Of a stretch of DNA of 24,000 nt, positions 1 through 9,982 are shown one piece after another. Each line of letters opens with the position of its first letter. Position 1 is the stretch's first letter. Origin of the DNA: an uncultured Devosia sp. (GTDB lineage Bacteria > Pseudomonadota > Alphaproteobacteria > Rhizobiales > Hyphomicrobiaceae); contig CAZNMY010000052.1 of the NCBI GenBank assembly GCA_964574325.1, positions 14,769 to 38,768 on the forward strand, written 5' to 3'. A program made the translations under genes and the position numbers. The notes under the pieces were generated by a model. The model saw nothing but the letters and a program-made list of their open reading frames with translations. It made no database searches and had not been told where the DNA came from.

Positions 1-46
1 TGAATTGTTTCAAATCAGCACATCCGGCAATATATCGAGAACGAAC

Positions 47-1165
47 CTACATTCTCATGCCCAACATCTCTTGCCGTGTGGGAAGGCTCATTTCGCCGGA
101 AGGCAGCAGATCGAAGAAATGCTCGACCCGTTCGCTGCCGATGTCGGTGGAAGCCGACGGCTGCCAGCGCGGCTCACCGGATCTATCGACGATGCGCGCC
201 CGGACGCCCTCCTGGAAATCGTGGGAGGCGACCAGCCTCACGGCCAGCCGATAGTCGACGATCAGCGTCTTGCGCAAATCGAGATGGCGGGCGCGACGAA
301 GGTGGCGCAGCGTCACCTCGAGCGCCATCGGCGAACGCGTCCGCAGCGTCTCGATCGTCTGGGCACACCACGCGCGCTCGACCGTGCTCGCGCCCAGCCT
401 TGCGATGATCTCCGCTGTGCTGCCGGCCGAGAAGCAATGCTCGATGACCGGCGCCAAGACCTTCAGCGGGGCCGGGCCGGGGTCGATGTGGTGGGCCGCG
501 AGGACATCGTCGATCGGATCGGCGTTCGCGATGGCAGAGGCGATCGCATCGAACCGGTCGGCCTCGACGCAATGGGTCAGCAGATCGAGCCAATAGGCAT
601 CCTCCCGGCCGATCGCAAGGCCCGTCATGCCGAGCCAGGTGCCGATCTCGTGAGGCAGGCGGGCGAGATGCCAGCACACGCCGCAATCGGGAAAGAATCC
701 GATCAGCGTCTCGGGCATCTGGAACCGATAGCCGGGGCCGGCTACGCGATGGGTGGAGGTGTGGACGATGCCGACGCCGGTGCCCATCACGGGGCCGTCG
801 ATCATGGCGATGGTCGGTTTCGAGAAACAGTCGAGCAACCAGATCAACTGGTATTCGCGCGCAGTCTCCTCCGCAGCACGTGCCGGCGCGGTCTGTGAGA
901 GATCGTAGAATTCACGTATATCGCCGCCGGCCGAAAACATCCGTCCCGGTGCGGCTCTGAGCAAAACAGCGTACACCTGTGGATCACGTGCAATCCTGGG
1001 GATTTCATTTGCAATCGCCGTCTTCATGACGGAATCGATTGCATTCAGTTTGGCAGCCCGATCGAGCGTCACCGTCACTGCAGCGCGGTCGCGTTCGAAG
1101 CGAACACCCGGCCCTGCGCCGGCAGCCGGAAGTTGCGAGGTGCCCGTTGAATCCGTCTTCGACAT
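47..1165 (-). CDS. Enoyl-CoA hydratase/isomerase family protein (3-hydroxyisobutyryl-CoA hydrolase-like)
   Basis: ORF 47..1210(-). The translation shows a crotonase-fold pattern (VTLDRAAKLNAIDSVM...FSAGGDIREF...IAMIDGPVMGTGVGI) and a long C-terminal extension typical of the ECH_2/HIBYL-CoA-hydrolase subgroup. The start is uncertain: ATG at 1165 (MSKTD) or at 1180 (MERDV). Confidence 0.85.
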   Translation of the reverse strand: MSKTDSTGTSQLPAAGAGPGVRFERDRAAVTVTLDRAAKLNAIDSVMKTAIANEIPRIARDPQVYAVLLRAAPGRMFSAGGDIREFYDLSQTAPARAAEETAREYQLIWLLDCFSKPTIAMIDGPVMGTGVGIVHTSTHRVAGPGYRFQMPETLIGFFPDCGVCWHLARLPHEIGTWLGMTGLAIGREDAYWLDLLTHCVEADRFDAIASAIANADPIDDVLAAHHIDPGPAPLKVLAPVIEHCFSAGSTAEIIARLGASTVERAWCAQTIETLRTRSPMALEVTLRHLRRARHLDLRKTLIVDYRLAVRLVASHDFQEGVRARIVDRSGEPRWQPSASTDIGSERVEHFFDLLPSGEMSLPTRQEMLGMRM

Positions 1166-1224
1166 CACATCCCGTTCCATGGGTTCCCCAGCGCACCGAA
1201 GCGCCCTCAAGAGGCCGATCCAAC

Positions 1225-1253
1225 TTGCTTTTTCTGCGCAACTTTCTTAAAAT
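1225..1253 (+). promoter_or_regulatory. Candidate sigma70-type promoter for the extensin-like gene
   Basis: TTGCTT (1225-1230), a 17-nt spacer, then TAAAAT (1248-1253). It lies in the only AT-rich patch of the divergent spacer 1166-1347. Motif match only. Confidence 0.3.
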
Positions 1254-1347
1254 AGGCCGCAAGCTGATCGAAATTGATTCGCGTTGGTTCGGACTGCCCC
1301 CGGTACGACGCTCCTTGGACGCAGGTCGCAAGAGGTTCTCGTCTGCC

Positions 1348-2703
1348 ATGGGCAACCGTTCGATGTCGATATCGGTGGCAGCCGCCATAGCGGTTTTGTC
1401 GAGTGCAAGCCAGGCATCCGCTCAAACCGGGGCGTCGGCATCAAATTCCGGCTCCGGTCAGGCCAAATCTGCTGCGGCAAAAGCGGCCGAGGCCCTGGCC
1501 GACAAGGATGCGGCAGCTCTGGCCGCCGCGCAACCAGCGCGGAAGGGTACTGCACCGCAATCCCAAAAGCCGGCAATGGGCGTGAAGATCGAATACCGCG
1601 CGCCCGTGCGACGCGAGGTGCCGCCGAAGCTGCGCGAGGAGAGGCGAGCGTCCCAGCCACGTGAGGCTCCGTCGACCGCCGGCCAACAGGTTCCGCCACA
1701 ACAACAGGCGTCGCCGCCGACCATCAGTCCCGCCTCGCCGGCCGCCAGCTCCGCTGCTGCGGCAAACGGCTCCACCGCCTCCGATGCTTCGGCCGCGTCT
1801 GCCGGCCGCAGGACCTGGCCGGTCGTCGTCGGCGCGGGCACGGCTGCGACGCAGTCGGGAGTGCAAGCGAGCGCAGATGCCGCCAGCCCGCACACGTGGT
1901 CCAAGGATGAGATCGAGCAGGCGAAGGCTCAGTGCAAAGCGACACTGAAGGGGGTCAACGTCGCGATGCAGCCGGAGGACCCGATCAAGGAGGGCGAATG
2001 CGGCTCACCGGTGCTGTTCAAGGTGACGAGCGTAGGCCGGTCGCCTGCCGTCGAGCTTTCGCCGCCCGTGCTGCTCACCTGTGAAATGATCGCCTCACTC
2101 GACCGCTGGCTCAAGCGTGAGGTGCAGCCTCAGGCGCGTACCCAGCTCGGCGGACCGATCGTGAAGATCGAGACGATGAGTTCCTACTCGTGCCGGAACG
2201 CCTATGGACGCTCCAAGTCACGCCTGTCGGAGCACGGCAAAGCCAACGCGATCGACATCGCCGGATTCGCAACGGCTAGAGATTCGACGTCCGTTCTCGC
2301 CCACTGGGGGCCTACGGCTCGCGATCAGCGTGCGATCGCGGCCAAGCCGGAATCCGAGCGGGCGCCGGCTCCTCAAAGAACGCCGCCGCAGTCGCCGCCG
2401 TCCGGCGGAGTGATCGCCATCCCCAGCATTCCCGGCGTGATCGTATCCGATCCCGGCAGCAGCTATCCGATCGGCGGATCGGCCCTCGGCTATGCGCCAT
2501 CGCGGCTCGGCGGGCCCAAGCAACCGGAACCGCCCAAGCCCGTTGCCGGCGACCCGGCATCGCGGCAGCACTTCCTGAAAGAGATCCACGCGTCGGCCTG
2601 CAAGTACTTCGGGACCGTGCTCGGGCCGGAGGCGAACAACGCGCACAAGAACCATTTCCATCTCGACATGGCCGACCGTCCGCGCGGGAACTTCTGCCAG
2701 TAG
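1348..2703 (+). CDS. Secreted extensin-like C-terminal domain protein with Ala/Pro/Ser-rich linker
   Basis: The in-frame ATG at 1348 gives a signal-peptide-like N-terminus (MGNRSMSISVAAAIAVLSSASQASAQ). The C-terminal part carries Extensin-like_C hallmarks (ECGSPVLFKV...SYSCRN...SEHGKANAIDIAGF...FGTVLGPEANNAHKNHFHLD). The tracked ORF start at 1039 is an upstream read-through artefact. Confidence 0.85.
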   Translation: MGNRSMSISVAAAIAVLSSASQASAQTGASASNSGSGQAKSAAAKAAEALADKDAAALAAAQPARKGTAPQSQKPAMGVKIEYRAPVRREVPPKLREERRASQPREAPSTAGQQVPPQQQASPPTISPASPAASSAAAANGSTASDASAASAGRRTWPVVVGAGTAATQSGVQASADAASPHTWSKDEIEQAKAQCKATLKGVNVAMQPEDPIKEGECGSPVLFKVTSVGRSPAVELSPPVLLTCEMIASLDRWLKREVQPQARTQLGGPIVKIETMSSYSCRNAYGRSKSRLSEHGKANAIDIAGFATARDSTSVLAHWGPTARDQRAIAAKPESERAPAPQRTPPQSPPSGGVIAIPSIPGVIVSDPGSSYPIGGSALGYAPSRLGGPKQPEPPKPVAGDPASRQHFLKEIHASACKYFGTVLGPEANNAHKNHFHLDMADRPRGNFCQ

Positions 2704-2718
2704 GCCGCCGGTGGCGGA

Positions 2719-4122
2719 TCAGCGGGCCGGCGGGTCGACGTCGAGTTCATCGCGCCACCAGGCGAGCGCCACATAGACGGCGGCCGAGCAGGCGATAGCC
2801 GTGATGTAGGGTGCTTTCCACGACAGACCGAAGCGGCCCAGCGCCCAGACCGTCACCCCGACGACGATGGCGGCGGCGGCGCTCGCGGGGCCACCGATGC
2901 GGGTGAAAACGGCAAACAGTGCGGTAACGATCACGCCCGCGCTGCCGAAGGCCGAGGCGATCTCGACCAGCTCCTTGATACGATCCGAGGTCAGCGCCAG
3001 CAGGAAGGCGACAACCGACAGCACCATCACGGTCGCGCGGACGGAATTGAGCCTGCCGCGCCCATCGAGATCCGGCTTCATTCGCAACACGATGTTGTGT
3101 GCGACCTGGGCGGCCGGCGCATGCAGCGAGGAGTGCACGTTCGACAGAATCGCCGAGATGATCGCACCGGCGAAGATCACGTAGCCGAACGTCGGCATGT
3201 AGTAGCGGGCCAGCGTCGCCACGACCTGCTCGGCATCGCCCAGCAAGTCCTTGAGCGCGGGATCGCGGGCCGACAACGCCGCAGCGCTGAGCCCCAGGAA
3301 CACCGGCGCGAGGCCGACCACACAATAGAGGATGCCACCGGCGATGGTGCCGGCGCGGGCGACTTCGGCCGAGCGCGCGCCGAGATAACGCGAGATCAAC
3401 TCGACCGCGACCATCGAGCCGCAGACGGCGATGACGACGTGCTCGAGCTTTTCCAGGGGGCCATCGGCGATACTGGCGAACAGTCGTAGTCGCTCCGGGT
3501 CGCTCTGGACCATCGCACCGGAAATGCCTCCCACATGACCGGCGACGACCACCGAGAGAACCATCAGACCGAAGATCACGACGAGGCCTTGGAGGAAGTC
3601 GGTCACCGAATCCGCGAGCAGGCCGCCGATCGTCGTGTATGCGCCGACGAGAACGGCTGCGACCGCGATCGCCATCCACAGGCTCATGCCGGACGCCGAG
3701 CCCAATACCTGGCCGAATGCACGGATCTGCGCTGCCGCCCAGAAGATCGAGCCGGGCAGCAGGACGATGACGACGAGCTTGCCGATCGCCGGGGAATAAC
3801 GGCGCTCGAACAGGTCAGCGAACGTCGTAAGGCCGTTGCGCCAGAGGGTCGCCGCGAAGATCAGCCCTGCCAGCACGAGGGCGGATGCGTAGGCGAAGGG
3901 ATCGACGAGCGCGCCGCTGAGTCCGTTCTTGTAGACCTCGCCGGTCGTGGCGACGATCGCCTCGGCACCGAACCACGTCGCGAATACGGAAAACGCCACG
4001 AGGGTCGGTCCGAGCGAACGGCCGGCGAGGATGTAGTCCGTATCATTCGTAATGCGGCGCGAGACCCAGACGCCGATGGCGAATTGCAGGACGACGTAAC
4101 AGATCAAGGCCGCCAGCAGCAT
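2719..4122 (-). CDS. Sodium:solute symporter (SSS) family transporter
   Basis: Starting at ATG 4122 (MLLAALICYVVLQF...) gives a 467-aa polytopic membrane protein. It has the SSS N-terminal pattern (DYILAGRSLGP...FATWFGAE). The upstream 84 codons of the tracked ORF are Arg/His-rich and non-membrane, so they are likely not translated. Confidence 0.85.
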   Translation of the reverse strand: MLLAALICYVVLQFAIGVWVSRRITNDTDYILAGRSLGPTLVAFSVFATWFGAEAIVATTGEVYKNGLSGALVDPFAYASALVLAGLIFAATLWRNGLTTFADLFERRYSPAIGKLVVIVLLPGSIFWAAAQIRAFGQVLGSASGMSLWMAIAVAAVLVGAYTTIGGLLADSVTDFLQGLVVIFGLMVLSVVVAGHVGGISGAMVQSDPERLRLFASIADGPLEKLEHVVIAVCGSMVAVELISRYLGARSAEVARAGTIAGGILYCVVGLAPVFLGLSAAALSARDPALKDLLGDAEQVVATLARYYMPTFGYVIFAGAIISAILSNVHSSLHAPAAQVAHNIVLRMKPDLDGRGRLNSVRATVMVLSVVAFLLALTSDRIKELVEIASAFGSAGVIVTALFAVFTRIGGPASAAAAIVVGVTVWALGRFGLSWKAPYITAIACSAAVYVALAWWRDELDVDPPAR

Positions 4123-4264
4123 CGAATAGTCTTTCGTATGGCGGTGCTCGTGCGTGTGCGGAAGGTGGCGGATCACGCGCTCGGCGTGAGGCGGGCGGCG
4201 AGGTACGATACACCCGACACCGCACCGCTCGCGCCGGCGCACTTCCGCGCTATGCCATGGGTCT

Positions 4265-4867
4265 TCAGCCGAGCTTCGCGGGCGTGCCGAACTTGCCGGA
4301 GAATGCAATCTCGGCCAGCGGCTTCCTCTGGCGCGGTTCCTTCTCGCGGCCGGGGAGTTCCTCGGGCAGCGCATCGGCGTCGCCCTGGCGGCCGATGGTG
4401 AAGCCGGAAATGATGTCGAATTCCTCCGGCACGCCGTAGGTCGAGCGGATCGTGTCCTTCTCGATGCCGGCGCACTGGTGCACCTTGAGCCCGCGGGCCT
4501 CTGCCTCGATCGTCATCTGCGCGACGGCCGCGCCGGTGTCGTACCAGGCGTGCGGGTTGGGGTTGCCGTTGGCCTCGAATGCCTTGCGGGCACAGGCGAA
4601 CACGTAGACGGGGGCGTTCTTGGCCCAGCGCTGGTTGCGCGCGTTGAAACCGGTGAGACCGGTCGCATGCTCGGCTGCGTCGTCGCTGGTGGCGACGATG
4701 AAGCGCCAGGGCTGGCCGTTGTTGCAGGATGCAGCCCAGCGTCCGGCTTCGAGGATCGCGGTGAGGTCCGTCCTGGAGACGGGGGTCGGCACATAGGCGC
4801 GCGGGCTCCAGCGGTCGCGAAGGATGTCGTGGACGGGCGTGGCGGTCTGGGCGGGCTTCTTCAGCAT
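4265..4867 (-). CDS. Nitroreductase family protein
   Basis: MLKKPAQT...ILRDRWSPRAY...ILEAGRWAASCNNGQPWRFIV is the classic nitroreductase N-terminal motif. A GGAG lies 9 nt upstream of the ATG at 4867. Confidence 0.85.
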   Translation of the reverse strand: MLKKPAQTATPVHDILRDRWSPRAYVPTPVSRTDLTAILEAGRWAASCNNGQPWRFIVATSDDAAEHATGLTGFNARNQRWAKNAPVYVFACARKAFEANGNPNPHAWYDTGAAVAQMTIEAEARGLKVHQCAGIEKDTIRSTYGVPEEFDIISGFTIGRQGDADALPEELPGREKEPRQRKPLAEIAFSGKFGTPAKLG

Positions 4868-4965
4868 GCGGAAAGGCTCCGTGGTCGGTTGGCGGTTGAA
4901 TGGGGGCAAAACGTGTGGGCGCGTCCTATACCGCGTTGGAGGCGGTCGGCAAACCGGCTGTCCAT

Positions 4966-6069
4966 TCAGCCGGCCGCCGCTTTCAGGGCCTGGGGCAGCA
5001 TCTCGGCGAACAGAGCGAGGTCGGCGTCGGTGCCGGCGCTGACGCGGATGCAGCGATCGAGGGGCGCGACGCCGGGCATGCGAACGAAGACGCCGCGTCC
5101 GACAAGCTCGGACAACACCTTGCGGGCGTAGTTCCCATCACGGCCGCAATCGACGGCGACGAAGTTGGTCGCGGAAGGCAGCACCTTCAGCCCGTTGGCT
5201 GCTGCGATCTCGCCGATGCGGGTGCGTGCCCGCGCGATCCGGCCCACGACGTCCTGCAGGTAAGCCTGATCGGCAAGCGCTGCGATGGCGCCGGCCTGGC
5301 TCATGCGCGTGACGTCGAAGTGGTTCCGGATCTTGTCGAAGTGCCCGACGACATCGGGGTGGCCGAGGCAGTAGCCGACGCGGACGCCCGCCATGCCGTA
5401 GGCCTTCGAGAACGTGCGGAAGCGCAGGACGCTCGGGTTGGACAGATCGAGCGGTGGGATCGCGTCTGCCGGCGCGGTGTCGGAGTACGCCTCATCCAGA
5501 ACGAGCAGACAGCCGTCGGGCGTGCCGTCGATCAGTTTCTGCACGTCCGATGCGCCCCACCACGAGCCCATGGGGTTGTCGGGGTTGGCGAAGTAGAGGA
5601 GCCGCGCATTTTCGCGCTTGGCCGCTTCGAGCAGGCCCGGCCAATCCTCGCGGTCGTCCTTGTAGGGAACGCGAACGAGGCGGGCGCCGAGGCCGTCGCA
5701 ATGAAAGATGAAGGTGGGGTAGCCGCCGAGTGACGTGACCACCGTCTCGCCGGGTTCCACGCAAAGCCGCACCACGATGCCGAACAGCGCGTCGATGCCG
5801 CTGTCGACGGCGACGTTCTCGATCCTGGCGCCATGGTGGGCCGCGATGGCAGCCTTCAGGTCGTGCTGCTCGGGATCGCCGTACATCCAGCTCATCGATG
5901 CAGCCTTGCCGATCGCCTCGACGACCTTCGGCGAGGGGCCGAACACGCTCTCGTTGGCGCCGATACGGGCGCGGAACGTCACACCGCGCTGGCGCTCCAG
6001 CGCCTCCGGGCCGACGAACGGCGTGACGGATGGGAGACCGGCGATATGCGGAACGATGTGCGGGGGCAT
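4966..6069 (-). CDS. PLP-dependent aminotransferase, histidinol-phosphate aminotransferase (HisC) family
   Basis: From ATG 6069 (MPPHIVPHIAGL...) the protein is 367 aa with class-II aminotransferase patterns (IGANESVFGPSP...LLYFANPDNPMG...VLDEAYSD...RTFSKAYGMAGVRVGY). The upstream part of the tracked ORF runs through intergenic repeats. Confidence 0.85.
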   Translation of the reverse strand: MPPHIVPHIAGLPSVTPFVGPEALERQRGVTFRARIGANESVFGPSPKVVEAIGKAASMSWMYGDPEQHDLKAAIAAHHGARIENVAVDSGIDALFGIVVRLCVEPGETVVTSLGGYPTFIFHCDGLGARLVRVPYKDDREDWPGLLEAAKRENARLLYFANPDNPMGSWWGASDVQKLIDGTPDGCLLVLDEAYSDTAPADAIPPLDLSNPSVLRFRTFSKAYGMAGVRVGYCLGHPDVVGHFDKIRNHFDVTRMSQAGAIAALADQAYLQDVVGRIARARTRIGEIAAANGLKVLPSATNFVAVDCGRDGNYARKVLSELVGRGVFVRMPGVAPLDRCIRVSAGTDADLALFAEMLPQALKAAAG

Positions 6070-6073
6070 GTGT

Positions 6074-6188
6074 GGGGACTGGGTGTTGGGGGGCTGGGGA
6101 TCGGGGTATCGGCTGCGGACGTTACAGCGAACCGCCGCGGATATGAAGCCAGGCATGGGGACAAGTGGGGAGTGGGGAGTGGTTGGGG
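6074..6188 (+). other. Two clusters of G-runs (G-quadruplex-prone) on the + strand
   Basis: Cluster 1 has G-runs at 6074-6077, 6081-6083, 6088-6093, 6096-6099 and 6103-6106. Cluster 2 has GGGG at 6157-6160, 6167-6170, 6174-6177 and 6185-6188. All loops are 7 nt or shorter. Confidence 0.5.
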
Positions 6189-6211
6189 TCAGACCCGCAG
6201 GGTCTGACCCC
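6185..6211. repeat. REP-A palindromic unit (GGGGTCAGACCC-gca-GGGTCTGACCCC)
   Basis: Perfect 12-bp inverted repeat around a 3-nt centre. It is one of four copies in the window. Confidence 0.9.
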
Positions 6212-6240
6212 GATCGCGATCCGAGCGCTATCCCCCAGCG

Positions 6241-6391
6241 TGTCATCCTCGGGCGGGCCGCAGGCTCGTCCCGAGGACCCATTTCGACGGTGGCACTGAT
6301 GGTCGATATAGCGACGGCCATTGCCGGCTGCACCATGGGTCCTCGGGAACGCGGGCTCCGGTCCTGACGGACCTCGCCCCCGAGGATGACA
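6241..6391. repeat. MITE/RIME-like palindromic mosaic element
   Basis: The outer arms TGTCATCCTCGGG (6241-6253) and CCCGAGGATGACA (6379-6391) are inverted repeats. So are the inner arms CCCGAGGACCC (6270-6280) and GGGTCCTCGGG (6337-6347). Each arm also folds on itself (CCTCGGG...CCCGAGG). Confidence 0.8.
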
Positions 6392-6405
6392 CGATGTTTT
6401 GAAGT

Positions 6406-6434
6406 CGAGGTCAGACCCGCAGGGTCTGACCTCG
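6406..6434. repeat. REP-A palindromic unit
   Basis: CGAGGTCAGACCC-gca-GGGTCTGACCTCG has the same core as the copy at 6185-6211. Confidence 0.9.
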
Positions 6435-6476
6435 GGGTGGATCGTCATGCACCCGGAAGAGTTCGGACGCCCGCGT

Positions 6477-7448
6477 TCACGCCGGCGCGGCGAGGCAGCT
6501 CTTCATCGTGGTGGCGAGGCCGCGCATCAGGGTGAAATAGAGGTCGGGGCCGGGTTCCAGCATTATGCCTTCGGGGTCGAGAACGGCGGTGCGGGTAGGC
6601 GTGCCTTCAGTCACGCTGGCGACGATCCGGGGTTGCTGGCCGGGCTCGGCAAAGGCGCACACGGCAGACAACTGGCCGACCTTGCGGCGCAGCTCGGAAA
6701 TGCGTTTGGCGCTCGGCTGCTCGTCGGGATCGACCAGGATCGAGCCGATCGCCGTCAGGCCGAAGCTCTTCTCGAAGTACTGATAGGCATCGTGCAGCAC
6801 GACGAACGGACGCGCGGCGACGGGGGCCAGCTCCCGCTCGAGTGACGCCGACAAGTCATCCAGGCGGGAGACGAGGGCGTCAGCGTTGGCGTTGAAGCGG
6901 GCGGCCTCGCTGGGGCTGAGTACGGCGAGGGTCGATGCGATCGCGCGGGCCATCGCCTTGGCGTTCGCCGGATCGAGCCAGACGTGTGCATCGTAGTTGT
7001 CGTCGGGCTCTTTGCCGTGCTTGTGTCCCCCGTGAGCGTGTTTGGCGTGAGAGTGACTGTGCTTGTGGGCCTCGAACGGGCCGCCCGAACGCCGCTGCAA
7101 CAGCGTGACGCCTGGGGCCTCCGCCAAAGTCACAGTCTGGACCTTACGGGGCAGGGCGCGGACGACCTTGGCCGTGAACGGCTCCAGCGCCTCGGAAACG
7201 CGAAAGAACACATTGGCACGGCTGAGCTTCTGGGCGTCGGAGGGACGCATCGAGAAGGTGTGCGGCGAGGAGGCGCCATCGACCAGCAGCTTGGGTGTGC
7301 CCACCCCCTTCATCACGTCGGCGACGAGCGCGTGGATGGGTTTGGACGTCACCACGACGTTCAGGCCAGCGGGTTGTGCGGCCAAGGGCTTCGCGAGCAC
7401 GCCGGCCGCACCAAGCAAAGCGATGAAAACTCGAAACAATTTCGACAT
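6477..7448 (-). CDS. znuA: Zinc ABC transporter periplasmic substrate-binding protein ZnuA
   Basis: It has a signal peptide (MSKLFRVFIALLGAAGVLAKPLAA) and cluster-9 SBP patterns (VVTSKPIHALV...SPHTFSMRPSD...DAHVWLDP...HDAYQYF). It also carries the ZnuA-type His-rich loop HKHSHSHAKHAHGGHKHGKEPDD. Confidence 0.9.
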   Translation of the reverse strand: MSKLFRVFIALLGAAGVLAKPLAAQPAGLNVVVTSKPIHALVADVMKGVGTPKLLVDGASSPHTFSMRPSDAQKLSRANVFFRVSEALEPFTAKVVRALPRKVQTVTLAEAPGVTLLQRRSGGPFEAHKHSHSHAKHAHGGHKHGKEPDDNYDAHVWLDPANAKAMARAIASTLAVLSPSEAARFNANADALVSRLDDLSASLERELAPVAARPFVVLHDAYQYFEKSFGLTAIGSILVDPDEQPSAKRISELRRKVGQLSAVCAFAEPGQQPRIVASVTEGTPTRTAVLDPEGIMLEPGPDLYFTLMRGLATTMKSCLAAPA

Positions 7449-7523
7449 GGAACCTGCTTTGCGCTCGCGGCCGAGGCCCCCGGGCCGACTTCCCAGGCAG
7501 GGTCTCGCGGCAATTCAAGGATA

Positions 7524-7541
7524 GGAATGTTATATTGTTCC
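7524..7541. promoter_or_regulatory. Candidate Zur box in the znuA / ABC-F divergent spacer
   Basis: GGAATGTTATATTGTTCC is an AT-rich island in a GC-rich spacer, 76 nt upstream of the znuA ATG. Its left half matches the AATGTTATA half-site of proteobacterial Zur boxes. The right half is only weakly symmetric. Confidence 0.45.
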
Positions 7542-7639
7542 ACATCCCTTCAGGCAAGCTATCGTTCGACAACCAGAGTGTCCGTGCCGCAGCGCTCGCT
7601 GCCCGTGACATCGGACGCGACACGGGCTATCTCGCGGCC

Positions 7640-9538
<1,899 letters not shown>

Positions 9539-9662
9539 GACGTCGGCGCGAAGGATTCGTGAACGGAGACGACGTTGGATTGCGTCCACGTCTCCATCGG
9601 GTCGACGCGGTTGTGCGGATCTCGATGCCAAAGCGAGGCGGTCAGCAGCCATCGTCGCAAGT

Positions 9663-9888
9663 TTGCACCCTGCCGTGGATGGTCCGCCGTCGCGGACCAT
9701 GACGTCGGTGATTTGATGCCTCGTCCACTCCATCGAGCGAGACCGAGCGATGTTCTGGTCGACGACACCCGCACCTTGCACCCTGCCGTGGATGGTCCGC
9801 CGTCGCGGACCAGGACGTCGGTGATTTGATGCCTCGGCCACTTCATCGAGCGAGACCGAACGATGTCATGGCGGACGACGCCTGCGCC
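9663..9888. repeat. Two tandem copies of a 113-bp unit, each carrying a REP-C hairpin
   Basis: Unit 1 is 9663-9775 and unit 2 is 9776-9888, roughly 85-90 % identical by eye. Each begins TTGCACCCTGCCGTGGATGGTCCGCCGTCGCGGACCA(T/G)GACGTCGGTGATTTGATGCCTCG. Confidence 0.9.
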
Positions 9889-9982
9889 ATCTCCGCGCTG
9901 GACAATGGCCCGGTGGTTCGCTTTGCTGTAGCCGAAGCACGGCGCGATAGACGTCGGCACGATGCGCTCACGCGGGGTGGAA

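Noticed and set aside
5-898. 297-aa + strand ORF overlapping the enoyl-CoA hydratase gene
   Set aside because: It lies entirely antisense to a gene with clear family motifs. The translation is Arg/Gly/Asp-rich with no recognisable domain, typical of a high-GC shadow ORF.
1039-1347. 5-prime extensions of tracked ORFs: 1039-1347, 4123-4374, 4868-4909, 6070-6336, 14164-14733 and 17477-17566
   Set aside because: The extensions lack family similarity, run through repeats or antisense genes, and internal ATGs give canonical N-termini (signal peptide, first TM helix, conserved motif), often with an SD.
9663-9888. Possible CRISPR array or coding repeat
   Set aside because: There are only two contiguous copies and no unique spacers. 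The 113-bp unit length is far from the 28-37-bp CRISPR repeat size, and no cas genes are present. A period that is not a multiple of 3 also rules out a protein tandem repeat.
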